From a virus (taxonomy: Duplodnaviria > Caudoviricetes): a stretch of 57,547 nucleotides of DNA. The notes under the pieces are model-generated. The model ran no database searches and had not been told where the DNA came from. It saw only the letters and a list, made by a program, of their open reading frames with translations. Position numbers and translations under genes: made by a program. Positions within the stretch are counted from its first letter, which is position 1. The number at the start of each line of letters is the position of its first letter. Positions 29,186 through 37,900 of the stretch are shown here, piece after piece. Location: IMG/VR virus record IMGVR_UViG_3300003465_000006, positions 1-57,547 of that record. One strand, written 5' to 3'.

Positions 29186-29212
29186 CGCACGATTTACACT
29201 TCGTGTAATGAG
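29186..29212 (+). promoter_or_regulatory. Phage promoter motif (TGTAAT variant)
   Basis: CGCACGATTTACA-cttcg-TGTAAT-GAG. Confidence 0.78.
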
Positions 29213-29232
29213 GACTACCGAAAGGAATAATC

Positions 29233-29454
29233 ATGGATGAATTCATGGTCAAGCGTGCCGCTGATCAAATGACTCACGATTATGAGAAGGTTATGCCTCT
29301 CATCAGGAAGATGGAACGAGACATCAACTCCCTCACGACAGAGGAGTTGTTCATGTTGAAGATCTACCTTCAGATGAGAGCGAGCTGGCTCATGCATCTG
29401 AATCAGGCGATCAACACGCCGACCAAGAAGTCCAGGAAGTTCTGGAGGAAGTAA
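29233..29454 (+). CDS. 73-aa cassette protein
   Basis: Leader ACTACCGAAAGGAATAATCATG identical to that of the 27460 gene; terminator at 29458-29487. Confidence 0.75.
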   Translation: MDEFMVKRAADQMTHDYEKVMPLIRKMERDINSLTTEELFMLKIYLQMRASWLMHLNQAINTPTKKSRKFWRK

Positions 29455-29499
29455 CAAGAATAGAGTCCCTACGGGGATTCTATTTTTCCTTTTCGTCCT

Positions 29500-29526
29500 C
29501 GCAAGATTTACACACTCTATAATGAG
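29500..29526 (+). promoter_or_regulatory. Phage promoter motif
   Basis: CGCAAGATTTACA-cactc-TATAAT-GAG. Confidence 0.8.
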
Positions 29527-29595
29527 AAGAAGGTGCTGTCATTGAGACAGCCTGATATGATAACATGCAAATCCTACTTCTCACCTTTTATTTTT
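29524..29595 (+). ncRNA. Candidate small RNA (RNA-only cassette)
   Basis: No RBS-led ORF between two promoter motifs; closing stem GAGAAG/CTTCTC, inner hairpin GCTGTC-ATTGA-GACAGC, T tract. Confidence 0.55.
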
Positions 29596-29604
29596 CCCAA
29601 TCTT

Positions 29605-29631
29605 CGCAAAATTTACATGTAATGTAATGAG
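29605..29631 (+). promoter_or_regulatory. Phage promoter motif
   Basis: CGCAAAATTTACA-tgtaa-TGTAAT-GAG. Confidence 0.75.
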
Positions 29632-29646
29632 GAGAAAGGACTCAAA

Positions 29647-29826
29647 ATGAACAAGATAACGGACAAGATCAAGCAGGCCTGGGAAGAGAACCCGCTGGCA
29701 GTGATTGCCGTTGGTGCACTCGCTGTTTCAGCAGCAGCGAAGTTCATCGACGCAACCACGTCGGCGCGCAATTCCAAGGCGTGGCAGAGGGAAGTCGATC
29801 GTCGAATCATGATGAGCAAGAAGTAA
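29647..29826 (+). CDS. 59-aa cassette protein with hydrophobic segment
   Basis: Translated by hand (MNKITDKIKQAWEENPLAVIAVGALAV...); terminator with UACG loop at 29832-29863. Confidence 0.78.
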   Translation: MNKITDKIKQAWEENPLAVIAVGALAVSAAAKFIDATTSARNSKAWQREVDRRIMMSKK

Positions 29827-29892
29827 CCGACAAAGGAGGGACCTACGGGTCTTTCCTTTTTTTGCCTCAAAATCAAATTCGGACAAACTTCG

Positions 29893-29919
29893 CGCAAGAA
29901 AAACACGGCTTATAATGAG
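29893..29919 (+). promoter_or_regulatory. Phage promoter motif (A-rich variant)
   Basis: CGCAAGAAAAACA-cggct-TATAAT-GAG. Confidence 0.75.
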
Positions 29920-30001
29920 GAGAAGGTGAAATACGTTTGTCCAATTTTAAGGACACGATTATTTCACTGGGACGTTAACGCCCATCTCCTCTTTTTATTT
30001 T
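29917..30001 (+). ncRNA. Candidate structured small RNA or leader
   Basis: Closing stem GAGGAGA/TCTCCTC enclosing GTGAAATA..TGTCC-loop-GGACA..TATTTCAC and TGGG..CCCA hairpins, then a T tract. Confidence 0.6.
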
Positions 30002-30018
30002 CCACCGAAAGGAACGTA

Positions 30019-30243
30019 ATGAAGGTGAAAGAGATTCAAGGCTTCGATCAGACAGTGACTGTTAAAGTCAGCTTGGGCCTACGAGAGCTGATCAAGATCG
30101 GAATCGTCGTGGCTGTCGTGGAAACCGCTTTGCACTGGCGTGTGAGCGACGACGTTCGTGAGCGTGTTCTCAACAAGACAGAGGAAGTCACCGACAAGCT
30201 GTCGTCAAAGCTCGGGGGCGATGAGGATGAGCCGCAGGCGTAA
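30019..30243 (+). CDS. Hypothetical protein
   Basis: GAAAGGA RBS before ATG 30019. Confidence 0.7.
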   Translation: MKVKEIQGFDQTVTVKVSLGLRELIKIGIVVAVVETALHWRVSDDVRERVLNKTEEVTDKLSSKLGGDEDEPQA

Positions 30244-30343
30244 CTACACGATCTGCGCTTTCCTCTTTGACATTTTCATGGTCGCGATCACAGGTGGGCT
30301 ATGGCTCATCTGGATATTCGTCAGGGAGATGAGAAACAGGTAG
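30227..30343 (+). CDS. 38-aa membrane peptide (paralog of 28246-28365)
   Basis: MSRRRNYTICAFLFDIFMVAITGGLWLIWIFVREMRNR. Confidence 0.75.
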   Translation: MSRRRNYTICAFLFDIFMVAITGGLWLIWIFVREMRNR

Positions 30344-30490
30344 ATGCTCAAATTCTGGGACTGGTGCACACTTCGCACCGAAGTCGCTTTGACCTGCGAA
30401 GAACTTCAAGATCCGGTGGACGTCTTCTTTCAGAAGTTGTTTGATGGATTCGAAGTCTATAATTTAAGGGAGCTGAATGACTCTGACTAA
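30344..30490 (+). CDS. 48-aa hypothetical protein
   Basis: Translated by hand; tightly packed between neighbours. Confidence 0.5.
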   Translation: MLKFWDWCTLRTEVALTCEELQDPVDVFFQKLFDGFEVYNLRELNDSD

Positions 30491-31205
30491 CTTCGCAAAC
30501 AACGTCATCAAGACGTTGAAGTCCAATTCACCAGAGATTCTCACAGCGCTTGGTGTGAGTGGCGTTGTCTCGACTGCATATTTGGCAAGCAAGGCTTCGT
30601 TCAAGGCAGCCTCGAAGCTGTCGTCGCAAGACCCGACCATGTCCAACAAGGACAAGGCAAAGTTTGTCTGGAAGTGTTATATTCCGGCCGGTATCTCTGG
30701 CGGTTTGACTATCGCCTGCATTCTCGGTTCCAACAAAGCAGGAAACAGTCGTACGGCAGCTGCTGTGACCGCATATTCTCTGACGGAAAAGGCGTTCGCC
30801 GAGTACAAGGAGAAAGTGGTCGAGCAGATCGGGAAGAACAAAGAGCAGACAGTACATGACAACGCTGCTCAAGCTCGTGTGACTTCAACGCCTCTCGGTG
30901 GAGATATTCTCGTTGTCGGTAAAGGTAACGTGTTGTGCTTGGACATCAGATCAGCTCGATATTTCCGAAGCGGCATGGAAGAGTTGCGGAAGGCTGAGAA
31001 CGAGATCAACTTCCAGCTTAATCACGAGAGGCTTGTGAGTCTCAGCGAGTTCTATATTCTGATTGGACTTCCGATAACCAAGGAATCGGTGTTCAACGGA
31101 TGGAACCTTGATCGAGGACTGATGGAGCTTGATGTAACAGCGACCATCGCCGAGAACGACGAGCCATGTTTGGCAATCGACTATAACTACGTTCAACCGT
31201 TGTAG
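30477..31205 (+). CDS. DUF6353-like protein
   Basis: NSPEILTALGV.GVV.TA.LA.KA, CYIPA, LSEFY..IGL motifs; paralog of 32751-33638. Confidence 0.7.
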   Translation: MTLTNFANNVIKTLKSNSPEILTALGVSGVVSTAYLASKASFKAASKLSSQDPTMSNKDKAKFVWKCYIPAGISGGLTIACILGSNKAGNSRTAAAVTAYSLTEKAFAEYKEKVVEQIGKNKEQTVHDNAAQARVTSTPLGGDILVVGKGNVLCLDIRSARYFRSGMEELRKAENEINFQLNHERLVSLSEFYILIGLPITKESVFNGWNLDRGLMELDVTATIAENDEPCLAIDYNYVQPL

Positions 31206-31207
31206 CT

Positions 31208-31234
31208 CGCAAGTAATACGCCTCCTATAATAGG
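31208..31234 (+). promoter_or_regulatory. Phage promoter motif, variant
   Basis: CGCAAGTAATACG-cctcc-TATAAT-AGG. Confidence 0.7.
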
Positions 31235-31254
31235 AGACTAATGAAAGGATTTCA

Positions 31255-31422
31255 ATGGAGCTCGAGAAGGTCGAGGCAGTACAGATGCCAGTTCGGCATC
31301 AACTTGCAAGGATGGTTCTTGCCTCAGTGGCAGGATTCATCGCCCACAAGCTGGTGGAGAACGCGTATGACGTGTACTTCCAGAACCGGTACGGGGTGAC
31401 AGACGAAGTCATCGACATCTAG
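31255..31422 (+). CDS. 55-aa cassette protein
   Basis: Translated by hand; followed by a hairpin plus T tract at 31430-31468. Confidence 0.7.
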   Translation: MELEKVEAVQMPVRHQLARMVLASVAGFIAHKLVENAYDVYFQNRYGVTDEVIDI

Positions 31423-31491
31423 TCAACGAAAGTCAGGGTCTGTGCAACCGCACAGGCTCTGATTTTTTGTTTTCATCAAAAAGGAACGTGA

Positions 31492-31935
31492 ATGCTCAAG
31501 CGGGACATTACTTACGAAGATTTCAACGGTAACACGGTCACCGAGACTTTCTACTTCAACATCTCCAAGCCGGAATTGGTTGAAATGGATGTCGAATACA
31601 AAGAAGGGATGCACGCGTTCCTTCAAAAGATCATTGATACCAAAGACGCCAAAGAACTCATCGTACAGTTCAAGACGTTGGTTCTTATGGCTTATGGTCA
31701 AAAGTCTGAGGACGGCAAGCGGTTCATCAAGAACGATCAACTTCGTGAAGAGTTCTCTCAAACGGCTGCGTATCAGGCACTTTTCATGGAGCTTGCGACG
31801 GACGATAACGCTGTTGCACTATTCATCAAGGGAATCCTTCCAAAGGATCTCGCAGCGGTAGTTGACCAGGACAAGCTGCAAAGCCTTCCTCAGACCTCAG
31901 ATCGACCGACAGTCGACACGGTTCCAACCCCCTAA
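31492..31935 (+). CDS. Conserved phage hypothetical protein
   Basis: ITYEDFNG..TE.FYFN, AYG.KSEDGKRF.K motifs. Confidence 0.8.
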   Translation: MLKRDITYEDFNGNTVTETFYFNISKPELVEMDVEYKEGMHAFLQKIIDTKDAKELIVQFKTLVLMAYGQKSEDGKRFIKNDQLREEFSQTAAYQALFMELATDDNAVALFIKGILPKDLAAVVDQDKLQSLPQTSDRPTVDTVPTP

Positions 31936-31944
31936 GGACGTTTA

Positions 31945-32562
31945 ATGGAAGATTATCAAGCTAATAGCCAGAAGTCCAAGCGAGATATTCCTGAAAAGAA
32001 GGTCGGAAAAGTCATCACCGGTGAGGTGGTGGTCAAGAAGAAGGGTCTTGGGAGACGGATCAAAGACCTCTTCGTGGAGGCGGATTTCAAGAGCGTTTCT
32101 CGCTACGTCTTTCTCGAAGTTCTCGTGCCAGCGGCCAAGAATATGGTTGTAGACGGAGTCGAGAGCGGCATCCGTAGGATCGCCTATGGTGAAAGTTCTA
32201 GACGACGACAGCACGGAACGCATATTACGTACAACAATCCGATAAATCGTAGTCGTTGGCAAGACCCTCGAGATCCGAGAATGGCTCCAAGACCGACGAT
32301 TGGTCCGAGGTCGTCCAGACCAGATGACGATACCTATGCCATTCTAGCTTCGAGAGAAGATGCAGAACGAGTGCTGGAGGGTCTGAACACCATCATCGAA
32401 TCATACGACATTGCCACAATCTCGGATTTGAACGAGTTGATGGGTCAGCCCTCGAATCACGTGCATTACAAATGGGGTTGGGTAGGTGTAGTAGATGCCC
32501 CGATTCGCCAGATCCGTGAAGGATATTTGATCGAGCTTCCTCCAGCAGAACCAATTTCATAA
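31945..32562 (+). CDS. Conserved phage hypothetical protein
   Basis: 205-aa ORF in an operon. Confidence 0.8.
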   Translation: MEDYQANSQKSKRDIPEKKVGKVITGEVVVKKKGLGRRIKDLFVEADFKSVSRYVFLEVLVPAAKNMVVDGVESGIRRIAYGESSRRRQHGTHITYNNPINRSRWQDPRDPRMAPRPTIGPRSSRPDDDTYAILASREDAERVLEGLNTIIESYDIATISDLNELMGQPSNHVHYKWGWVGVVDAPIRQIREGYLIELPPAEPIS

Positions 32563-32602
32563 TTGACGATCAACCGATCGCACTTCCCCGAAGGATGGTT
32601 CA

Positions 32603-32749
32603 ATGGACGATACAATTCAGAAAAGAGAGGAATTGAAGAAGGCGTATCCCACTTCTGATTCGTGGCACGCCAAGGTCGACTCGATGTCGCCTGCACAGGT
32701 AACTGCTATCTATATTCGATTCAGGTCAGAAGGAAAGCTAGGTAAATAA
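32603..32749 (+). CDS. 48-aa hypothetical protein
   Basis: Translated by hand (MDDTIQKREELKKAYP..W..KVDSMSPAQVTAIY); abuts the next gene. Confidence 0.65.
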   Translation: MDDTIQKREELKKAYPTSDSWHAKVDSMSPAQVTAIYIRFRSEGKLGK

Positions 32750-32750
32750 T

Positions 32751-33638
32751 ATGAAGCTTGTGCCTCAGAGCTTTACCAGATCCCTGAGCCGTCAGATGCT
32801 TCTGGCTCAGAAGAACTCGCCGCATATTTTCTTCGTTGGCGGCGTCATCGGAGTCGTCGGAAGTACGGTCCTCGCTTGCCGTGCGACTCTCAAGCTCGAG
32901 AAGAATCTCGACGAAATCAAGCGTGATGCTCAAGACGTGAAGGACCTTCGAGCGATTGGCGATGATCGCGGTCAGAAGTTGTCCGATCACGAATATTACA
33001 TGTCGATGGCTCGGGTACAGACGAATGGTCTGGTAAGGATCGGCAAGCTGTATGCGCCGTCAATTCTGCTCGGAACGATCTCGATCGCAGCACTTACGAA
33101 ATCTCACGTGGAACTGTCCAAGCGAAATGCAGCTCTGTCGGCCACTCTGGCGGCTGTCACGAAGGCTTACGACGATTATCGTGAGCGTGTTCGCCAGGAG
33201 ATCGGCGAAGAGCGGGAACTCGAGCTGTATCGTTGCATGGAAGACAACGAGATCGAGGACGACAAAGGTAAGAAGAAAAACGTCAAGACGATTGGCGATC
33301 CGAACAAATTCTCGCCCTATGCTCGTTGCTTCGACGAGACGAATGCGAACTACGTCAAGAATACCGACATGAATCGAGCATTCATCACCGCAGCGCAGAA
33401 TTATTTCAACACTCAGCTGCAGGCAAAAGGCTACGTGTTCTTGAATGACGTGTACGACGCTCTGGGCTTCGAACGGAGTCAGCCAGGGTGTGTCGTCGGA
33501 TGGGTCGTCGGTGACGAAGGTGACAACTATATCGACTTCGGATTGTTCCGACCAGAGAGTGCGAGGTTCATCAACGGCCAGGAGTTCGCAATCTGGCTCG
33601 ACTTCAACGTCGACGGCATCATTTACGACAAGATCTAA
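32751..33638 (+). CDS. DUF6353-like protein
   Basis: NSPHI...GV.G.V..VLAC.AT, LYAP, GYVFLNDVY..LG, LDFNVDG.I. Confidence 0.75.
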   Translation: MKLVPQSFTRSLSRQMLLAQKNSPHIFFVGGVIGVVGSTVLACRATLKLEKNLDEIKRDAQDVKDLRAIGDDRGQKLSDHEYYMSMARVQTNGLVRIGKLYAPSILLGTISIAALTKSHVELSKRNAALSATLAAVTKAYDDYRERVRQEIGEERELELYRCMEDNEIEDDKGKKKNVKTIGDPNKFSPYARCFDETNANYVKNTDMNRAFITAAQNYFNTQLQAKGYVFLNDVYDALGFERSQPGCVVGWVVGDEGDNYIDFGLFRPESARFINGQEFAIWLDFNVDGIIYDKI

Positions 33639-33647
33639 GGAGGAGTA

Positions 33648-34466
33648 ATGAACGAACGACTGCGTAATGTCCTCAATCATCCAGCGTCGATTCCTTCTGT
33701 CGTTGGAATCGTTTCTTTCGGAGCCGGTGTCGGGCTGGGATATTTCCTGGCCCGGCGTCGCAAAGGCGATCTTCATGTCGTTCCGAAGATGAATTTCGAA
33801 GAGCTCTCAGAGAAAGTCGAAGCTTTTTTGGATGAGCATGAAGAGCCGAATCACAATGCCGAGTTGGTGGTTCCAGCCGAGGAGATGGAGATCGACCCAA
33901 AGGTTCGGGATTTCGTCGAAGAGCAATTGAAGCAGAAGCCCGAGGATCAAGAACCGATGGAAGAGCTTCCTCAATCTACGCTCGGTAATGAGACAGCGAT
34001 GCTCAAACCTATCATCGCGCAAGAGCCAGAAGACTATATTTACGACGGAGACGTACAACCGAAGAACGTCTTTGCCAACAATGGTGACGGCGACTGGGAT
34101 TATGAGCTTGAGCAGAGACAACGGTCTGATACAGAACCATATATTCTGCACAAGGACGAGTTCTTCGCAGACGAGAAGGACTACACTCAGATGACTCTGA
34201 CCTACTACGCAGGCGACGATATTCTGGTGGATGAGGACGACAAACCCGTCTACAACCACAAGAACATCGTTGGTAAACTGAATTTCGGTCACGGTTCTGG
34301 GGATCCGAGCGTTTGTTACGTGCGTAACGACAAGAACAAGGCAGAATACGAGATTCTTCGCCATGAAGGTCTATATTCTGTCGAGGTACTTGGTCTGGAA
34401 ATCGAAAACAAAAGGCGTGCTCGAGATAATCGGCATTCTGAACACACGAAATTCAAGATGGAATGA
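33648..34466 (+). CDS. Membrane-anchored acidic hypothetical protein
   Basis: N-terminal TM segment; LTYYAGDDILVD motif. Confidence 0.78.
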   Translation: MNERLRNVLNHPASIPSVVGIVSFGAGVGLGYFLARRRKGDLHVVPKMNFEELSEKVEAFLDEHEEPNHNAELVVPAEEMEIDPKVRDFVEEQLKQKPEDQEPMEELPQSTLGNETAMLKPIIAQEPEDYIYDGDVQPKNVFANNGDGDWDYELEQRQRSDTEPYILHKDEFFADEKDYTQMTLTYYAGDDILVDEDDKPVYNHKNIVGKLNFGHGSGDPSVCYVRNDKNKAEYEILRHEGLYSVEVLGLEIENKRRARDNRHSEHTKFKME

Positions 34467-34987
34467 ATATGAGAGAGCCTATTGAAAACGAATACTTCAA
34501 CTGGCTCTGCGCAAAGGTGTTGGACACAAGTATTCACATTTACCATGATTTGCTCGGGATTCTGCACAACACAGAATTCAAGTGGCTCATGGAGATGGAC
34601 AAGAATCGGGCGGAAGACGGCATTGAGTTAAGGACAGATTTCCTTATCGAGACCGATTGGGAAAAAGATCAGAACTGGCTCAGTCAACCTTGTTCTGTTC
34701 TGGAGATGCTCATTGCTCTATCCAAGAGAGCTTGGTTTCAAACCGATATTCCTGATCGTGACTGGTTCTGGACTTTCATGACCAACCTTGGTCTTGACGA
34801 GTACAGGCGAGTTCCAGGTTCTTCGGTTCGTGAAATCAGAGACACTTTGGGGATATTTATAGAAAGAAAGTACGACCCGAACGGATACGGCGGATTGTTT
34901 CCATTGCGCTACCCAAGTTGTGACCAAAGATCCATTGAGATCTGGCATCAATTCAACGAGTACCTGGATGAAAACGGCCTAATGTAG
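34463..34987 (+). CDS. Conserved phage hypothetical protein
   Basis: YF.WL, D.NRAEDG, SVLEMLIALS, GGLFPL motifs. Confidence 0.78.
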   Translation: MNMREPIENEYFNWLCAKVLDTSIHIYHDLLGILHNTEFKWLMEMDKNRAEDGIELRTDFLIETDWEKDQNWLSQPCSVLEMLIALSKRAWFQTDIPDRDWFWTFMTNLGLDEYRRVPGSSVREIRDTLGIFIERKYDPNGYGGLFPLRYPSCDQRSIEIWHQFNEYLDENGLM

Positions 34988-34998
34988 AAAGGAGGGTT

Positions 34999-37900
34999 GT
35001 GGACTTTTACACCATTTTTGTTAATGAGAAGAAAGACGGAACCCTTCAAATCAGGCCGGATTGGAAGGTCGGACGCTCCAATGATCTCATGACCCGTGGC
35101 GGGTCTTTCTATGCTATCTGGGATGAGGAACGAGGTCTTTGGTCGACCGATATCTACGACGTGCAGCGCCTTGTCGATGCTGATCTCGATCGGTACGCCA
35201 AGGAGCAGGAAGCCAAGACTGGCCTCATCTACAAAGTGGCCAAGATGGAATCCAACAGCACGAAGTTGTGGGACGAGTTCCAGAGGTTCGTTCGAAACAG
35301 TGGCAACAACAGCCACAATCTTGACGAGAACCTAGTATTCGCCAATACAGAGGTGAAGAAAGAGGACTATGCGAGTCGTAGACTTGATTACTCTCTCAAC
35401 GACGGGCCTCACGACGCCTGGGACAGCATCGTCGGAACTCTCTACAACGAGGAAGAGCGCGCAAAGATCGAGTGGGCCATAGGAGCGGTTGTTTCTGGAG
35501 ACTCGAAGTTCATCCAGAAGTTCCTCGTCTTCTATGGTCCACCCGGTAGCGGTAAGTCCACCATTCTCAACATCATCCAGAGGTTGTTCGATGGATACGT
35601 CTCGATCTTCGACGCCAGAGAACTCGCTGGCAGCAACAATACTTTCGCTACTTCAGCCTTCAAGTCCAATCCTCTCGTCGCTATTCAGCACGATGGTGAT
35701 CTCTCGAGGATCTACGACAACACGAAACTGAACTCGATTGTAGCTCATGAGTTGATGACGGTGAATGAGAAGTACAAGGCACCGTTCGAGACTCGCTCAC
35801 GTGCATTTCTGTTCATGGGTACAAACGTCCCTGTCAAGATTACAGACGCAAAGAGTGGTATTCTGCGCCGTCTGATCGACGTGGTGCCCACGCAGAAGAC
35901 GATCGAGAACAATACGTACCATGCTTTGATGGACCAGATTGACTTCGAGCTCGGTGCCATCGCAAAACATTGCCTTGATCGATACAAGTCGATGGGTAGG
36001 AACTACTACAGCACGTATCGGCCTACGGTCATGATGCTTCAGACGGATATTTTCTACAACTTCGTCGAGGCAAACTTCGATATTTTCAAGGCTGAGGACG
36101 GAATCACTCTAAAGCGTGCTTGGTCGATCTACAAGGAATACTGCGAAGAAACAGGCATCGACAAAATGCTTCCTCAATACAAATTCCGGGAGGAGCTCAA
36201 GAACTATTTCGATAATTTCGAGGAACGGGCAAGGGTGGATGGTCAAAACGTGCGAAGCTATTACAGTGGGTTCAAACGGTTGCAACTCTCAGGGCCATCT
36301 ACAGAACTTCCAATCAAACCTGAGGGTATTTACAAGATCGAGCTGAATGATGGTCCATCCATATTTGACGAACAAAACCCGGGTCTTCCGGCGCAGTATG
36401 CCAACAAGGACGGGAACCCTCAGAAGAAGTGGACGAATGTCACGACGACTCTCTCCGACATCGACACTACAAAGCTGCATTTCGTCAAGGTGCCGGAGAA
36501 CCACATCGTCATCGACTTCGATCTTGTGGACGACACAGGGGAGAAGGATCTTGAGCTGAATCTCGAACAAGCTTCACGCTGGCCTGCTACATACACGGAG
36601 TTGAGCCAGAGCGGTAAAGGCGTTCACCTACACTATATTTACACTGGAGACGTAAGAGAGCTTGCTTCTGTTTATGATGTGGGTATCGAAGTAAAGACTC
36701 TTCTCGGCGATGCTTCCCTTCGAAGGAAGTTGACTAAGAGCAACGGAATGAACATTACGCCTCTCGATGGGGGCTTGCCGAAGAAGGAGAAATCTGTGCT
36801 TACGGACAAGAGCATCAAGACAGAAAAGGGCCTCCGTGAGCTGATCGCCCGCAACCTTCGCAAGGAGATTCACCCGGGAACGAAGCCGTCCATCGACTTC
36901 ATCCACAAAATCCTTGAGGAGGCTTACGAATCGGGAATGGCCTATGATGTTCAGGACATGCGTTCTGATGTTTTGACTTTTGCTGCTAAGAGCTCGAATC
37001 AGTCCGACTACTGCATCAAAATGGTTCAAAAGATGAAGTTCGTCGGCAAGAATTCGATGCCCGAGACGGATGGCGACGATATTCCTCTGACTTTCTTCGA
37101 TGTCGAGGTGTATCCTAATCTGTTTGTCGTGTGTTGGAAGCATCAAGGACCGGATGCCACAGTCGTTAGGATGATCAATCCCGAACCCGAAGAAATCGAA
37201 CCGCTCTTTGGCATGAGGCTTGTGGGGTTCAACAACCGTCGATACGACAACCATATTCTCTATGCTCGCTATCTAGGGCAATCGCTCGAAGACATCTTCC
37301 ATCTCAGTCAAAAGCTCATCTTCAGCAACGATCGGAATGCATATTTCGGAGAGGCCTACAACATCTCCTACGCTGATATCTATGACTTCAGCTCGAAGAA
37401 GCAAAGCCTGAAGAAATTCGAACTGGAGCTTGGCATCCTTCACATGGAGCTCGATATTCCGTGGGAGCAGCCTGTTCCCGAGGGAATGTGGTCCAAGGTT
37501 GTAGACTATTGCTGCAATGACGTTGTGGCTACAGAAGCGGTGTTCGAGGATCGTAAGCAGGACTTCGTAGCTCGCCAGATTTTGGCTGATATTTCTGGTC
37601 TGTCGGTCAACCAGACCACGCAGGCCCACACTGCGAAGATCATATTTGGAGACGACAGGAGTCCACAACGCAAGTTCGTCTACACCGATCTGAGCAAGGA
37701 ATTCCCAGGGTACGAATTTAATTCCGTAAGAGATGAAAGCGGCAAGGGGTACCGTAATGTCAGTATGTACCGAGGGGAAGAAGTCGGTGAAGGTGGTTAT
37801 GTTTATGCCGAGCCTGGTATATACACGAACGTTGCCCTTCTGGATGTGGCGTCTATGCATCCGACGAGTATCGAGCGACTTGATCTATTCGGGCCGTACA

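Noticed and set aside
27409-29919. Repeat array read as CRISPR or integron
   Set aside because: The intervening segments are 100-300 bp genes with RBS and terminators; no integron integrase or attC-like sites are seen.
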